Assembly (NCBI GenBank): GCA_963676615.1
Contig: OY781092.1
Location: 1,496,545 to 1,560,544 of the forward strand
From: Candidatus Cloacimonadota bacterium
Lineage (GTDB): Bacteria > Cloacimonadota > Cloacimonadia > G963667145
Length of the DNA stretch: 64,000 nucleotides
Direction: 5' to 3'
The position numbers were made by a program, and so were the translations under genes. Position 1 is the stretch's first letter, and each line of letters begins with the position of its first letter. The notes beneath the pieces are model-generated. The model searched no databases. It saw nothing but the letters and a program-made list of their open reading frames with translations, and was not told the DNA's origin. This document shows positions 19,389-30,800 of this stretch, piece after piece.

Positions 19389-20585
19389 TTGAAATTTAAC
19401 GAGATAGAAGAGGCGATAGCCGAGCTCAAGCGGGGGAAAATGGTGGTGGTGGTGGACGACGAAAACCGCGAGAACGAGGGCGATCTTTTGGTTTGTGCGC
19501 AGCACGCAACGCCGCAGGTTATCAACTTTATGGTCACACACGCCAAAGGGCTGGTTTGTGTGCCGATGACTCAGGGCAAGCTCGATAGTCTGGGGCTTCA
19601 GCCGATGGTCGCCAAAAATACCGACGCCAAAGGCACGGCGTTCACCGTTTCGGTCGATCACAAAGATTGCGCCACGGGAATTTCTGCGTTCGAGCGTTCT
19701 GGCACGATTCAGGCGCTTTTGGACAACAACAGCAAAAATCAAGACTTCACGCAGCCGGGACACATTTTTCCGCTGGCTGCCAAAGAGAATGGAGTTTTGC
19801 AGCGAGCAGGACACACCGAAGCGGCGGTGGATTTGGCGAGGCTTGCGGGGTGCAAACCTGCGGGAGTTATCTGCGAGATTATCTCTGCCGACGGCTCAAT
19901 GGCGCGGGTTCCCGAGCTGATGGAGTTCGCCAAAAAGCACGCCCTAAAGATTATTACCATCGAAGATTTGATCGCCTATCGCAAAAAGCGGGAAAAGCTG
20001 GTCGAGGCGGTGGCTTCCGCAGAATTGCCGACGAAATTTGGCAATTTTCGGATGGTTGGCTATCGCGAAATTCACACCGGCAAGCACCACATCGCGCTGG
20101 TCAAGGGTAGCCCCGAAAAGCGCACGCCGTGCTTGGTGCGGGTGCATTCCGAATGCCTAACGGGCGACACTTTCGGCTCGCTTCGTTGCGATTGCGGCAG
20201 TCAGCTGGCTCTCTCGCTCCAGCAAATCGAAAAGGCTGGCACGGGCGTTTTTTTGTATATGACCCAAGAAGGCCGTGGCATCGGCATTTTGAACAAAATA
20301 AAAGCTTATGAGCTGCAAGACAGCGGAATGGACACCGTGCAGGCGAATTTGGCGCTTGGTTTTCCCGACGATTTGCGGGAATATAGCACTGGCGCGCAGA
20401 TTCTCAGCGATTTGGGCGTCGGCAAAATGCGGCTGCTGACCAACAATCCCCAAAAAATTTCGGGACTTGCCAAATACGACTTGGAAATCGTGGAGCGAGT
20501 CCACATTCAGATAAATCACAACCAAAAAAACGAGCACTATCTCAAAACGAAAAAAGAGAAAATGGGGCATTTGTTAAAATTTTAA
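19389..20585 (+). CDS. ribBA: Bifunctional DHBP synthase / GTP cyclohydrolase II
   Basis: Motifs [40 protein letters not shown] and [11 protein letters not shown] start after AGGAGG. Confidence 0.96.
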   Translation: MKFNEIEEAIAELKRGKMVVVVDDENRENEGDLLVCAQHATPQVINFMVTHAKGLVCVPMTQGKLDSLGLQPMVAKNTDAKGTAFTVSVDHKDCATGISAFERSGTIQALLDNNSKNQDFTQPGHIFPLAAKENGVLQRAGHTEAAVDLARLAGCKPAGVICEIISADGSMARVPELMEFAKKHALKIITIEDLIAYRKKREKLVEAVASAELPTKFGNFRMVGYREIHTGKHHIALVKGSPEKRTPCLVRVHSECLTGDTFGSLRCDCGSQLALSLQQIEKAGTGVFLYMTQEGRGIGILNKIKAYELQDSGMDTVQANLALGFPDDLREYSTGAQILSDLGVGKMRLLTNNPQKISGLAKYDLEIVERVHIQINHNQKNEHYLKTKKEKMGHLLKF

Positions 20586-20604
20586 AAAAATTTGGAGAAA
20601 AATT

Positions 20605-21066
20605 ATGAAAATTTACGAAGGAAATTTGGCTGGCACAGGCGGAAAATTCGCCATTGTTGTCAGCAGGTTCAACGATTTTATCGGCGCAAGGCTTGTTGAT
20701 GGAGCCGTTGACGCCCTTGTGCGGCATCAGGTTGAGCCAGACGACATCGAAATCGTGAAAGTTCCCGGAGCTTTCGAGATTCCTCTTGCGGCGCAAAAAT
20801 TGGCACTCAGCAAAAAATACGAAGCGATTATCTGTTTGGGCGCTGTGATAAAAGGGCAGACCAGCCACTACGAATTTGTCGGCGCCGAGGTCAGCAAAGG
20901 CATCGCCAATGTGATGCTGCAGACGGGAACGCCCGTGGTTTTTGGCGTGATTACGACCTTGACGCTGGAGCAAGCCATCGAGCGAGCTGGCTCAAAAGCG
21001 GGCAACAAAGGCGCAGAAGCGGCAATTTGTGCGCTGGAGATGGCTAACCTTCTTCGGCAAATCTAG
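20605..21066 (+). CDS. ribH: 6,7-dimethyl-8-ribityllumazine synthase
   Basis: Motifs [27 protein letters not shown] and [11 protein letters not shown]. Confidence 0.96.
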   Translation: MKIYEGNLAGTGGKFAIVVSRFNDFIGARLVDGAVDALVRHQVEPDDIEIVKVPGAFEIPLAAQKLALSKKYEAIICLGAVIKGQTSHYEFVGAEVSKGIANVMLQTGTPVVFGVITTLTLEQAIERAGSKAGNKGAEAAICALEMANLLRQI

Positions 21067-21087
21067 GGCAAAACTAAGGAGAGCAAA

Positions 21088-22035
21088 GTGAACAAAAAAA
21101 ATCTGCAGTTGATAATCGGCTGTTTGGCTGTGGGGCTTGCGGCGTCGATGTGGAGCGCCGACGGGCTGTTTATCCGTCCGCAATTTTACAAATTTCCGCC
21201 AGCGTTGGTCGTTTTTTGGGAGCATTTTTTCGGAGCCGTAATTATGCTGCCTTTCGCCATAAAATATTTTGGAGACATCAAGAGCCTGCAAAAAAAAGAT
21301 TGGCTGGCAATCGGCTGGATTTGCTTGCTAGGCGGATTTTTGGGAACTTTGTTCATCACCAAGGCGTTTTTTGCCGCCGTTCACGGAGATGTCACTTTTG
21401 CCACCGTCGTCGTCCTGCAAAAACTTCAACCGATATTCGCGATTTTGATCGCTCGGCTCTTGCTCGGCGAAAAAATGGGCAAAACCTTCTACCTCTGGGC
21501 AGCCGTCGCCGTCGTTGCGACCTACTTCATCGCTTTCGGCAAATACGGACTAAACTTGCAGGAGATCGACTTCACGCACAGCGCCGCATTTTTCGCAGTT
21601 GTGGCTGCCTTCAGCTTCGGCTCTTCGACAGTCTTCGGCAAAAGAGTCGTCAGCGATTTGGACTTCAAAGCCGCAACCTCCTTGCGCTTCAGCTTCACCG
21701 CCATAATTGCGCTGCTCTACACCAGCTTTTCGGGACAAATCGCTCAAACTGCGGACTTTGCACCAACGCATTGGCTCTTCTTCGGCTTAATCCTTTGCAC
21801 CAGCGGAGCGGGAGCGATTTTCCTCTACTATTTCGGACTAAAAAAAATTCCCGCGTCAATCGCTACGCTTTTTGAGCTCTTTTGGCCACTCACGGCAATT
21901 CTTTTGGACTACATCGTCTATGGACACACCCTCACTGCAACCCAGCTGGCTGGTTGTGCTGTGTTGATTTTGGCGCTGTTTTTCATCGTGCGAGACAGAG
22001 AAAAGGCTTTGTCGCTGGCGCTCCAAAGCAATTGA
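21088..22035 (+). CDS. EamA/DMT family transporter, ImpX-like (candidate riboflavin transporter)
   Basis: 10-TM DMT pattern. Motifs AASMWSADG, GGFLGTLFITKAFF and VVLQKLQPIFAILIARLLLGEK resemble ImpX as I recall it. Starts 21 bp after ribH. Confidence 0.8.
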   Translation: MNKKNLQLIIGCLAVGLAASMWSADGLFIRPQFYKFPPALVVFWEHFFGAVIMLPFAIKYFGDIKSLQKKDWLAIGWICLLGGFLGTLFITKAFFAAVHGDVTFATVVVLQKLQPIFAILIARLLLGEKMGKTFYLWAAVAVVATYFIAFGKYGLNLQEIDFTHSAAFFAVVAAFSFGSSTVFGKRVVSDLDFKAATSLRFSFTAIIALLYTSFSGQIAQTADFAPTHWLFFGLILCTSGAGAIFLYYFGLKKIPASIATLFELFWPLTAILLDYIVYGHTLTATQLAGCAVLILALFFIVRDREKALSLALQSN

Positions 22036-22077
22036 AAAGTTACAATTGATAGTTGATAATTCTGCGCCAACCAGTCC

Positions 22078-22550
22078 CATTTCTCAGAACGCTGTTAGAG
22101 ATGATGTCTTACCAGACGGGTCTCCATCTTTTCTTTGACCGCTCAAAGAAAATATAGAGGAGAAAAGAAAACCGCTCCGCTTCAATGCCAAAAGACGCTC
22201 CGAGTCACCAGAAAGAATAAAGTGTGGTCGTTCCCGTGTATTTTTCGCAAGATTTTGGATTTCTTTGGTTAGCGTTGCAGGCTCAAAAGGCAACAGTTCG
22301 TGTCTTTAGTCTTTCCTGAAGCGGAGGTTTCCGCCCCATCGCCAGTCTAGGCGAGCAAGCGGGTGGGACGGGTTAGCAATCATTCAAGTCTCAATTCGTC
22401 AAACTTGCTCAAACGACTGAAGTTAGCTGGCTGTCCAAAGGATTTAATCTCTTACGAAAGGACTGCCCGACTTGATCTTAAAGCCTTTGCTACAGCCACA
22501 ACGAACGAGTTTTGCAAGTTAGAATTTAGGCTTATGATTTGATTTTTTTT
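22078..22550 (+). repeat. Highly structured non-coding element (nested long imperfect hairpins), interrupted by IS256
   Basis: Hairpin TTTTCTTTGA-CCGC-TCAAAGAAAA, long-range pairing AAACCGCTCCGCTTCA / TGAAGCGGAGGTTT, and a ~170-nt imperfect stem at 22377-22545. No credible ORF. Confidence 0.6.
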
Positions 22551-23866
22551 GGCACCGTCCAAAAAAGTGTGTCTAATCTCCAATTTGGTTTCCATTTTCT
22601 TAACTTTCTGGGAACAAAATTTTGTCAAATTTAAATTGATAAATCGGATAATTCAGATATTTATCGACCTTGTCCATCGCGACCTTGCTCAGCAGCAGTA
22701 GCACAGACTCATCGCTGGGCATCGAGTTCCTGATTTTCAAAACTTTCCGAAACTGTTTATTCAAATTTTCGATCCAATTTGTGGTGTAAATCAGCCGCTG
22801 AATTCTGTGGTCAAACTCCAAAAAAGTGAAATAATAAACGACATCTTCTCTATTTGATAAGTTCCTGATAAATCGATACTTATCGCCCCATTTTTTTGCA
22901 AAATTATCCAGATTTTTTAAAGCAATTTCTTTCGTATAGCGTTCTTGTTCGACGCAAAAAATTTCCTTCAAATCGTCGCTAATTTCGCTTTTATCACTAT
23001 TCCTGACCTTAGCTAACAGACTCCTTTTAAAGTGAGTTACGCACTTTTGAAATTTCGCATTTTCAAAAACTTTGCTCACAACATTTTCCAGCCCAGCAAG
23101 ACCGTCAGCCACGACCAATTTTGTCGTTTGCAAGCCTCGCGACTTTAGGCGATTAAACAAGAATTCCCAGCCAGCAGCGCTCTCGGTCGGGATATTTTCG
23201 AGCGCCAAAATGTCTCTGCTTTTGTCCTCTCGGACGCCGACAACCACGCAAAAAGCCTCCGTTTCAACGCTGTCGAGCCGCCTCAATTTGGAATGTATGG
23301 CGTCAATCATAATAATCGGATAGTTTTTTTCTAGCGGCCTATTTCGCCAATTTGTCAACAATTCTTTGAATTCTTGGCTGATATTGCTGATGGTCGATTT
23401 TTTGTAATTCGTGCCAAAAACATTTGCGAAAACATTCTCTATGTCTCTGGTAGACAAGCCTTTAGCATACAGCTGAAACGCCAATTCTCGTACTTCTTGC
23501 TCCTGCTTTTTCAAAATTTCCAAGATAAATGGATAAAATTGACCGAATCTGTCGCGCGGAATTTTGAATTGAATTTTGCCGCTGAGAGATGAAAAACACC
23601 TGCTGCGATAGCCGTTGCCTTTGTTGTTTGAGCTTTTGTTTTCCGCCATAAAAGCCTGTCTTTCCAGCTTCATAAGGCTGTTAAAAACGAACTCGATCAA
23701 TTTATTCGCGCCATAATCATTGACATTTTCGTCTAAAATTTTTTGTAGTTGACTTGCGTTAAATCGCATAAGAATCTCCTTTTTTGTTCTTTTTTTTATA
23801 AAAATTGGAGATTCTTTTTTTGTGTCTAGTTTTTTTTGCTGCAGACACACTTTTTTGGACAGTGCC
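22551..23866 (-). mobile_element. IS256-family insertion sequence, apparently intact
   Basis: 24-bp terminal inverted repeats GGCACCGTCCAAAAAAGTGTGTCT / AGACACACTTTTTTGGACAGTGCC (1 mismatch), and an 8-bp T8 target-site duplication (22543-22550 and 23867-23874). Confidence 0.93.
22600..23769 (-). CDS. IS256-family (Mutator) DDE transposase
   Basis: Motifs NKGNGYRSR, IPRDRFGQF, LYAKGLSTRDI, YPIIMIDA, VADGLAGL, QKCVTHF and IYTTNWIENLN. Confidence 0.95.
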   Translation of the reverse strand: MRFNASQLQKILDENVNDYGANKLIEFVFNSLMKLERQAFMAENKSSNNKGNGYRSRCFSSLSGKIQFKIPRDRFGQFYPFILEILKKQEQEVRELAFQLYAKGLSTRDIENVFANVFGTNYKKSTISNISQEFKELLTNWRNRPLEKNYPIIMIDAIHSKLRRLDSVETEAFCVVVGVREDKSRDILALENIPTESAAGWEFLFNRLKSRGLQTTKLVVADGLAGLENVVSKVFENAKFQKCVTHFKRSLLAKVRNSDKSEISDDLKEIFCVEQERYTKEIALKNLDNFAKKWGDKYRFIRNLSNREDVVYYFTFLEFDHRIQRLIYTTNWIENLNKQFRKVLKIRNSMPSDESVLLLLSKVAMDKVDKYLNYPIYQFKFDKILFPES

Positions 23867-23874
23867 TTTTTTTT

Positions 23875-24226
23875 GGTGTTACCTTATTTTTGTTCAGACA
23901 AAAAAAGGTAACGAATAAGCCCTCTGATAAGAGAAAAACTCTGCGACTCTTGTAAAGATTGCGGGTCGCCGCCCGCAATGACGAAGGGTTGGTAGTCGCC
24001 TCCTAGCCTCATTTTTCAGAATGCTGTTAGAGATGGATTCCCTCTTTCGATGGAATGAGGGAGAAGTTCAAGAAGCCCAAGGCACGCCTTGGCGTCTTGG
24101 GAAAACACAAGCCCCAAGCCCCCCTCATTCCTGCGCAGGCAGGAATCCAGACACTTCTTGCTTTGCACGGACAAAAAAAAGGGAGCAATCCCTTTCATTT
24201 CTGCTTATGCTTCGACTACGCTCAGC
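23875..24226. repeat. Cluster of REP-like palindromes, including an inverted REP doublet
   Basis: GTTACC...GGTAAC hairpin (23878-23912), GATTGCGGGTCGCCGCCCGCAATGAC (23957-23982), inverted pair GGATTCC...GGAATGAG (24035-24059) and CTCATTCCTGCGCAGGCAGGAATCC (24124-24148), and GCTTCGACTACGCTCAGC (24209-24226). Confidence 0.75.
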
Positions 24227-24844
24227 AAACGCTCGTTTTACCAGAAAGAAAACCACAAAATCTCCCAATTTCCTCAAAAAATCGTCAAATTTTCACAAAA
24301 TTTACAAATTGCAAAAAAATAAAAATTTCCCTAAAAAACCAAAAAATCGTTACTTCTTATTTATAAGAATTTAAGAAAAATCAAAAAATTGGCTAAAAAA
24401 TAAAAAATAGCTGTAACTATCAGAAAAGAAAGGAAATAGCTGTCTTGAAAAAATTTTACTGAAAATCGCAAAATTTGCTTTTTTTCAGTGGTTTTTCTTT
24501 GTCGATTTTGTTTCTTATCTCTTTGTTTTTGTGTTTTTTATGGGTTTTTGTTGTGGACAACTTGTTTTTTTGTGTGCATTTTTGTGTTTTTGGTGAAGCT
24601 ATGTTGTTGTTTTATAATAAAATATAAAATGTGCTTAAAAGAGCAAAAAAAGTTTGACAAAAACTACACGGCATACCAGCTTGGATAGTATCGGGGAAAT
24701 GTGTATGCCCGAATTTTGATAAAAAGGTTGATAGAAAGTTGGTAACTATATTGTTTTTTAAGCAGATAGAAAAAAATAGAAAAAAGATAAGATTGTTAAA
24801 AATGACATCTAACTTATGCGATTTTATAAAGAAGGAGACACTGT

Positions 24845-27800
24845 ATGGGTGCGTATAGTAGGCAGAGAAAAATGAAAAAGATTCTACTAGCTTTATTTTT
24901 GTTTATATCCATTTTTGTGGGTTGTACGATGAATCCAGAAAAGGATATATCTAGTCCGAATGCTTCTGCATCCAGAGGGCTGTATGACGACAAGATTGTT
25001 GTGCAGTGGGAGGGTGTTTCTGGTGTTTCGCAATATGAGGTTTGTCGTTCAGCGGTAAACTCCAACAATTTCTATGACGATTATGACGCCATAGGGACTG
25101 TTACAGGGACTCGCTACGAAGACGCTAGTCCGAACTTAATCCCAGGCAAGCTCTACTATTACAAAGTTCGCTCTATCAGCGGCGACACGAAGTCACTCCC
25201 TCGCAGAACTCCAGCGATTGGACAGCTGAAGGTGCCAGACCTTGAGAATGTGGAGGTTTCCAAAGGGACTTTTGACAATCAAATTGGCGTCACCTGGACT
25301 GTTCCTCGAAAAATCATAAGAGGAGCGTCGGAAGGACTGCTGGGCTATGCGTTGATCAACTATTCTGATAATGAGAAAAATGTGACCACCAACAGTGTTA
25401 GAATTCCGTTTTCCGAGCTAAAAGGAAGCGAAGGACAAAGCTTTGAAGATCAAATAATTCGAGGGAAAGTTTACTATTTCAAGACTCAAATAGTTGTGAT
25501 CGACGGAGAAGAGACAGGCTCGGAAGGAACAGCTATCGATTCTGGCTGGACGACAGTTTCGTCGCCAGCGATGGTGTATGCGACCAAGGGCGAATTCAGC
25601 AACAAAATCCAAATCACATGGGACGAAGTGTTCGGGATACAAGGTTATGAAATTTTGTATAGTGACGATGATGGGGCGAGCTATGAACACCTAGTGGACA
25701 TCTCAACTGTGATGGCAGAGTTTGATGAACAAGAGTATGTCTGGGATGGCCCAATCAAGGGTAAAGAGTATCGCTTTAGAGTTATTTGCGTTGACCGCAA
25801 TGGCGAGGCAACAGGTCCGAACAGCGGAGAAGACACGAAAAATAAAGAGGGTGTTTACAACAACTTGGGTTACACTCAATACGCTCAGCCGATAATCAAC
25901 GAAGTGACCAAAGATTCGGTAGATTATGTCCGAATTAAGGTTACTACGGAAAAACCTGAAGCTGGCGAAAGATTGGTGGTGCAACTTTATCGCAGGGCGC
26001 TTGGTTCTGAGGTTGTCGAAAAATTGCAAGACGCCACGGCGATGGTTACCACAACCGCAGGTAATGGAACGGCGACTCTTGAGGATAATACCTTTACGGG
26101 CAACATTCCAGGAAGAAAATATTACTACTCGGTTACTGTTTACAAAGATGACGGCGGAAAAGTTGTGGGCGAGTCTAAACGCTCGGTTGATCAGGACGGA
26201 TGGTCGGCGATAGAGCCTCCGTTCAATATTAGCGCCACCAGAGGCAAAGATAGCGTTGTGGTTCGCTGGACAAAAGTGCAGTATGCGAAGTCTTATATCG
26301 TGCTTCGTCAAGATTTCAACACGAAAGAGTGGACAGAGCTGCCTCCAATCGAGACAAATCCGAATGTGGACGAGATGAGTTTGGTGGAGGATAAATACGA
26401 CATTGAGTCGGGCGTGAAGTATATCTACAAGGTGCGTTCGAAAAACGATGTTGAGTCTGCCGATTCAAAATTCGATTCTGGCTGGATTAAGATTTTGCCT
26501 CCTACGCAATTTAGGTCTGTGGGCGTTTATCTAAACTATGTTCAACTGGAGTGGGAGCTTGTTAATCACGCAAGGCGCTATATGTTGTATCGCAAAGTGA
26601 AAGACGATCCAGGCGCTTTTGTGGCTATCGATACCGTCTCTGGCGAAACAGGGAGCTATCAAGACACAGGATTGGCTGAGGCGACAGAGTTCCTCTATCA
26701 AATTCAAACAGAGAGCGAGATACCATCTCTTTTGGCTGGTCAAGAGTATGAGATGTCGGACAGAGCTTTGATTGAGTCTAGCGCGAAAACATTGCTGCCG
26801 GCTCCTGTTTTAGACTCCGCTTCTCATAATCTGAAAGACGAGATTGTTCTCTACTGGCGCACGAAACCAGGACAGCTGTATAATGTTTACTACGAAGACG
26901 AAACTGGCGGATGGGTGGATGTTGCCACTGGTATTAGCGACTCCACAGTGACATTGCAACCAGGTATCATCGATTTAACTTTTGGTAGAGTCTATAATTT
27001 TGTGCTGACCACAACCAAAGGCGACGCATGGGGAGAGTCCGACAGAAGCAACAAGGTTGAAAGTTATATGAGGCTTGATTCTGCTTTCAATCTAGAAGCA
27101 GGAAAAGACAACGAGACCAAAATCACCCTTACTTGGGAAGTGATTCCAAATAGTGGCGCAGAGTATTATCAAGTGTATAAAACTACCACTGAAGATTCGC
27201 TGAACTTTACACCTCTTGCGGCTGTAAAAAAAGGCACACAAATAAGATACACATATAACGACGAGAGCAAATCGCTAAACAGCAAATACAAGTATCTCTA
27301 TAAAATTAAATCTTTCCGCTCCGACTACGCAAGGGTTGAGCCAGAAGACCTGCGATTTTCTAATGTTGACACAGGTTGGGTAACAATTCAGCCGCCGTAT
27401 TTCGATCGGGCGAGTTTGGCGATAGATAACGACACCATCAAGATTTACTTTAAGGAAAACAGCAGTGGAACTTACAGGATTTACTATAGGGAATCGAGAG
27501 ACGGCGAAGATTTGTTCTTTAAGCAGATAGAAACCGAAGACGCAACAAATCTGGGCAATAGCAACTACAGCTATACAATCGCCACATACAAAGGAGCTTC
27601 TGTTACAGGAGGCATAGATTGCGATTCGGGGCAAGTTTTGTATTTCGCGATGTCGTCTTATGGATTGGGCAGGGAGTCGAAAAAAACAGAGTTCAAGCCT
27701 GGCTTCACGATAATTCCTACACCAGAGTTTAATCCTGGAGCTACCAAGGGCGAGGCAAACAAAATCGAGGTTAAGTGGAATCCGCTAAAGATAGCAGACA

Positions 27801-30800
27801 ACACTATCAGGTATCAGGTTTTTAGAATCAACACCCAAAACGACGAAGAACTTTACACTGTTGAAAATAACAACGGAATATTTTTGGACCAAGGTGAAGA
27901 TCTCAGAGAAGGATTCAAATACACTTATCGGGTAAGAGCGATAAACACCACCGCAGAGATAGCAGTGCAAACGGCGTATCCAGAGGAGTCTTTGGAGAGC
28001 ACGCAGTCGAATTTCTCGGATACCACCACTGGATACAGCAAGTTGATGCCAGTGTTGGATTTGCGCGCTACAGGTCCCGAAGGCACAGCGATAAATGAAA
28101 AAGTTGATGTGACTTGGGATCCAAAAGGCGATAGAGTCAGCTATGTGATTGCTCGCTCTTTGCAATCTCCGATTAAGTGGGACACGATTTTTAGCGGAAG
28201 TTCTGCGACAGGAGAGTTCGAAGATCTTACCGCCGAAGGCAACAAAATTTACTACTACAAAGTTGCAGTTTCGACCGAAGATTATCCGAAAATTGTTGCC
28301 GTCTGTGATAGCGTTGTGGGTTATGTCAGACCACTTCCGCCAGCAAATGTGGAAGCTTCAAAAGCAAAATATGCAGACAAGATTGAAGTAACCTGGAAAA
28401 AGCCTTTGCTGGTAACGGCGTATCAGATTTGCAGATATAACGAACTTGGCGACTCCACCATAATGAGCAGAGACACAGCTGAGGTAATAACTCGCAACGA
28501 TTCTGTGTTCTTCGGCGATAGCCAGGTGGAAAAAGGATACTCATACACCTATAAAGTTAAAGCGATTTCTGGCGATATGGGAGAAACCGATTACAGCGAT
28601 ATTAGTGATGATTACAAGAGAAAAAAAGCTACTGGTTATACAAAAATGCCGACGGTGGAAAACATTGTTGCCACAAAAGGCGAGTATGAGGACAGCATCG
28701 TTATCACTTGGGACGACATTCCTGTTGCGAACAACTATTTGGTGCAAAGGTCTAGAGTGGGCGCAACGAGCTCTTCGGACACTATTCAAAAATCGACGAC
28801 AAACAATAGGTGGGTTGCCCTCAAAGGCGAAGGGCTTGTTGATGGGCAAAAATACGAGTATCGAGTAGCAGCTCAAAAAGGAACGAACCTTTCTCACAAC
28901 TGGCAGGCAGATTTTGATGAAGGTTGGTTGATGCTGGCTGGACCTACAAATGTGAAAGCGAGCAAAGGTCTTCCAGATTCGATAATCGTTACTTGGGACA
29001 CTTTGCGGACAGTGACCGATGTGCAGGAGTATCAAGTTTGGAAAAAGGCAAAAGCAAATGCAGGCGAGCAAGATCAAGAGCTTGCTAGCGGTTTGTCGCC
29101 ACAGACAAAGAGTTGGGTTTTTCACGCATCGGAAGACGAAAAAGGCGCAAGCATCGGATTTTATATCAAAGCCGTTAGTGCCGAATTTGGGACAAGCGCC
29201 AACAGTGAGGTTGCCAAAGGATATACAGAGCTAGAGCCAGTGACCGAGTTCAAAGCTTCTCCATGTGCGCCAGATAGTGTGCTGGGCAACTCTATCATCC
29301 TCACTTGGTCAACTTCCAAAACTTCCGACAGCACCATAATTGAAAAAATGGTTGGAAATCAGTGGCAACTTCTAAAAACTTTTGACGCAACAGTTCTCGA
29401 TTATAAAGACTTGGGATTAACCGAGGGAAGAGAGTATCGGTATAGAGCGCAAGCCAAAAAAAGACACGAAGACGGGAACGAACTGTATTCGGATTATGTG
29501 TATGCCGATGCGACCATCAGCATTCCTCTTATCAGTTTTGACACAATCACAAAATCGAAATATCTTTCGGATGTGGAGCTTACTTGGAAAGGGCTACAAT
29601 CTGGCAAAGAGCTTAGATTTGAGATTTTTGTGTTCCAAAACGAGGCGGACTATAGCACAAATAGCAATGTTTACGACACTTTAAAGGTCGAAGAAAACAG
29701 CAAGTCATACTACAGATTTAAGCATAACACGGTATCTGCTTCTCCAGGCAAATTTATGTCGGGAACAAAATACTATTACAAAATCAGAACTCAAACGACT
29801 CCAGGCGGAATTTGGTCTGAATTGACTCAACCAGAAGACGGCAAGCCAAGCTACGGTTGGGCAAAGACACCGGCACCATCGATGTCGCTCGTGAGCAAAG
29901 ACTCTATTGCGGCGATATATCTGGAGTGGAATCCGAACAGTGCTGCGAAAAAATTTGAGATTGAGAGATACTTCAAATACCCAGACAAAGAGGCTGTTAA
30001 AACCTACCTTGTAAACGAGAATAGCTTTAAAGATGTCCAAAATCTTTTCACAGGACACGAGTATGGCTACAAGCTCAGAGCGATTAACGAAAATTGCGAA
30101 AACGACACATCTGCTTGGACGGTAGAGCTTGTCGGAATGGCGAGATTGCTGCCTCCGATAGGTGTGACGGCGAGCGACGGAACGCTAGAGGACACAATCT
30201 TGGTTACTTGGGATACGCCGAAAAACGCCTCTAACCCAAGCTATGGCGCAACGATATACAAGGTGTATCGCAGTCAGATAAAAGATCCTGAAAAGATGTC
30301 GCTATTGGGTGACACCATTTTGACAAACTGGGATTCAAATTCGAGCAAAACGATCACTTTTGTGGACGAGTTGACGACCAAAGAGCTCGGAAAGATGTAT
30401 TATTATGGATTGAAGTCGCAAGTTGGAGCGGAAGTCTCGGAGATGAGCATTATCGATTCTGGCTGGGCAAAAATTCCTGCACCTATCTTTACAAAGATTA
30501 CAGCTCGCGATGGAGGATTTAAGCTAGAGGACGATAGCATCAGAGTGCAGTGGCAAGATCCGAGTGTGCTTAGCCTAGGCAGCATAACTTATGAGATCGA
30601 ATACAGAATAGGCGAAGCGACGGCTGTTTCTATGAGCGGAATTGCCGAGGGCTCCACCGAAAAAGCTCTGTATATCGCTCCCGACGAGAGGTTCAACAAA
30701 ATTTATGTCAGAATCAGATCAGACAGAGAGACTTTTGGCAAGTCGATGTGGTCGCAGTGGGTAGAAACTTACACAAATATGCCTAAACCTGTGATTAGAG

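Noticed and set aside
22078-24240. CRISPR array, group II intron or hammerhead ribozyme in the repeat region
   Set aside because: There is no regular repeat-spacer periodicity, no cas or RT gene, no GTGCG/domain V pattern, and CTGATAAG at about 23924 lacks the CTGANGA core.
24016-24688. Short ORFs (24016-24198, 24021-24374, 24055-24366, 24089-24322, 24488-24688)
   Set aside because: These are translations of REP palindromes (LDSCLRRNE, IPAQAGIQ, FDYAQ) and A/T tracts, not credible genes.
24660-24844. ops/JUMPstart antitermination element for the 33-kb gene
   Set aside because: No GGCGGTAG-like sequence in either giant-gene leader, only short hairpins of unknown meaning.
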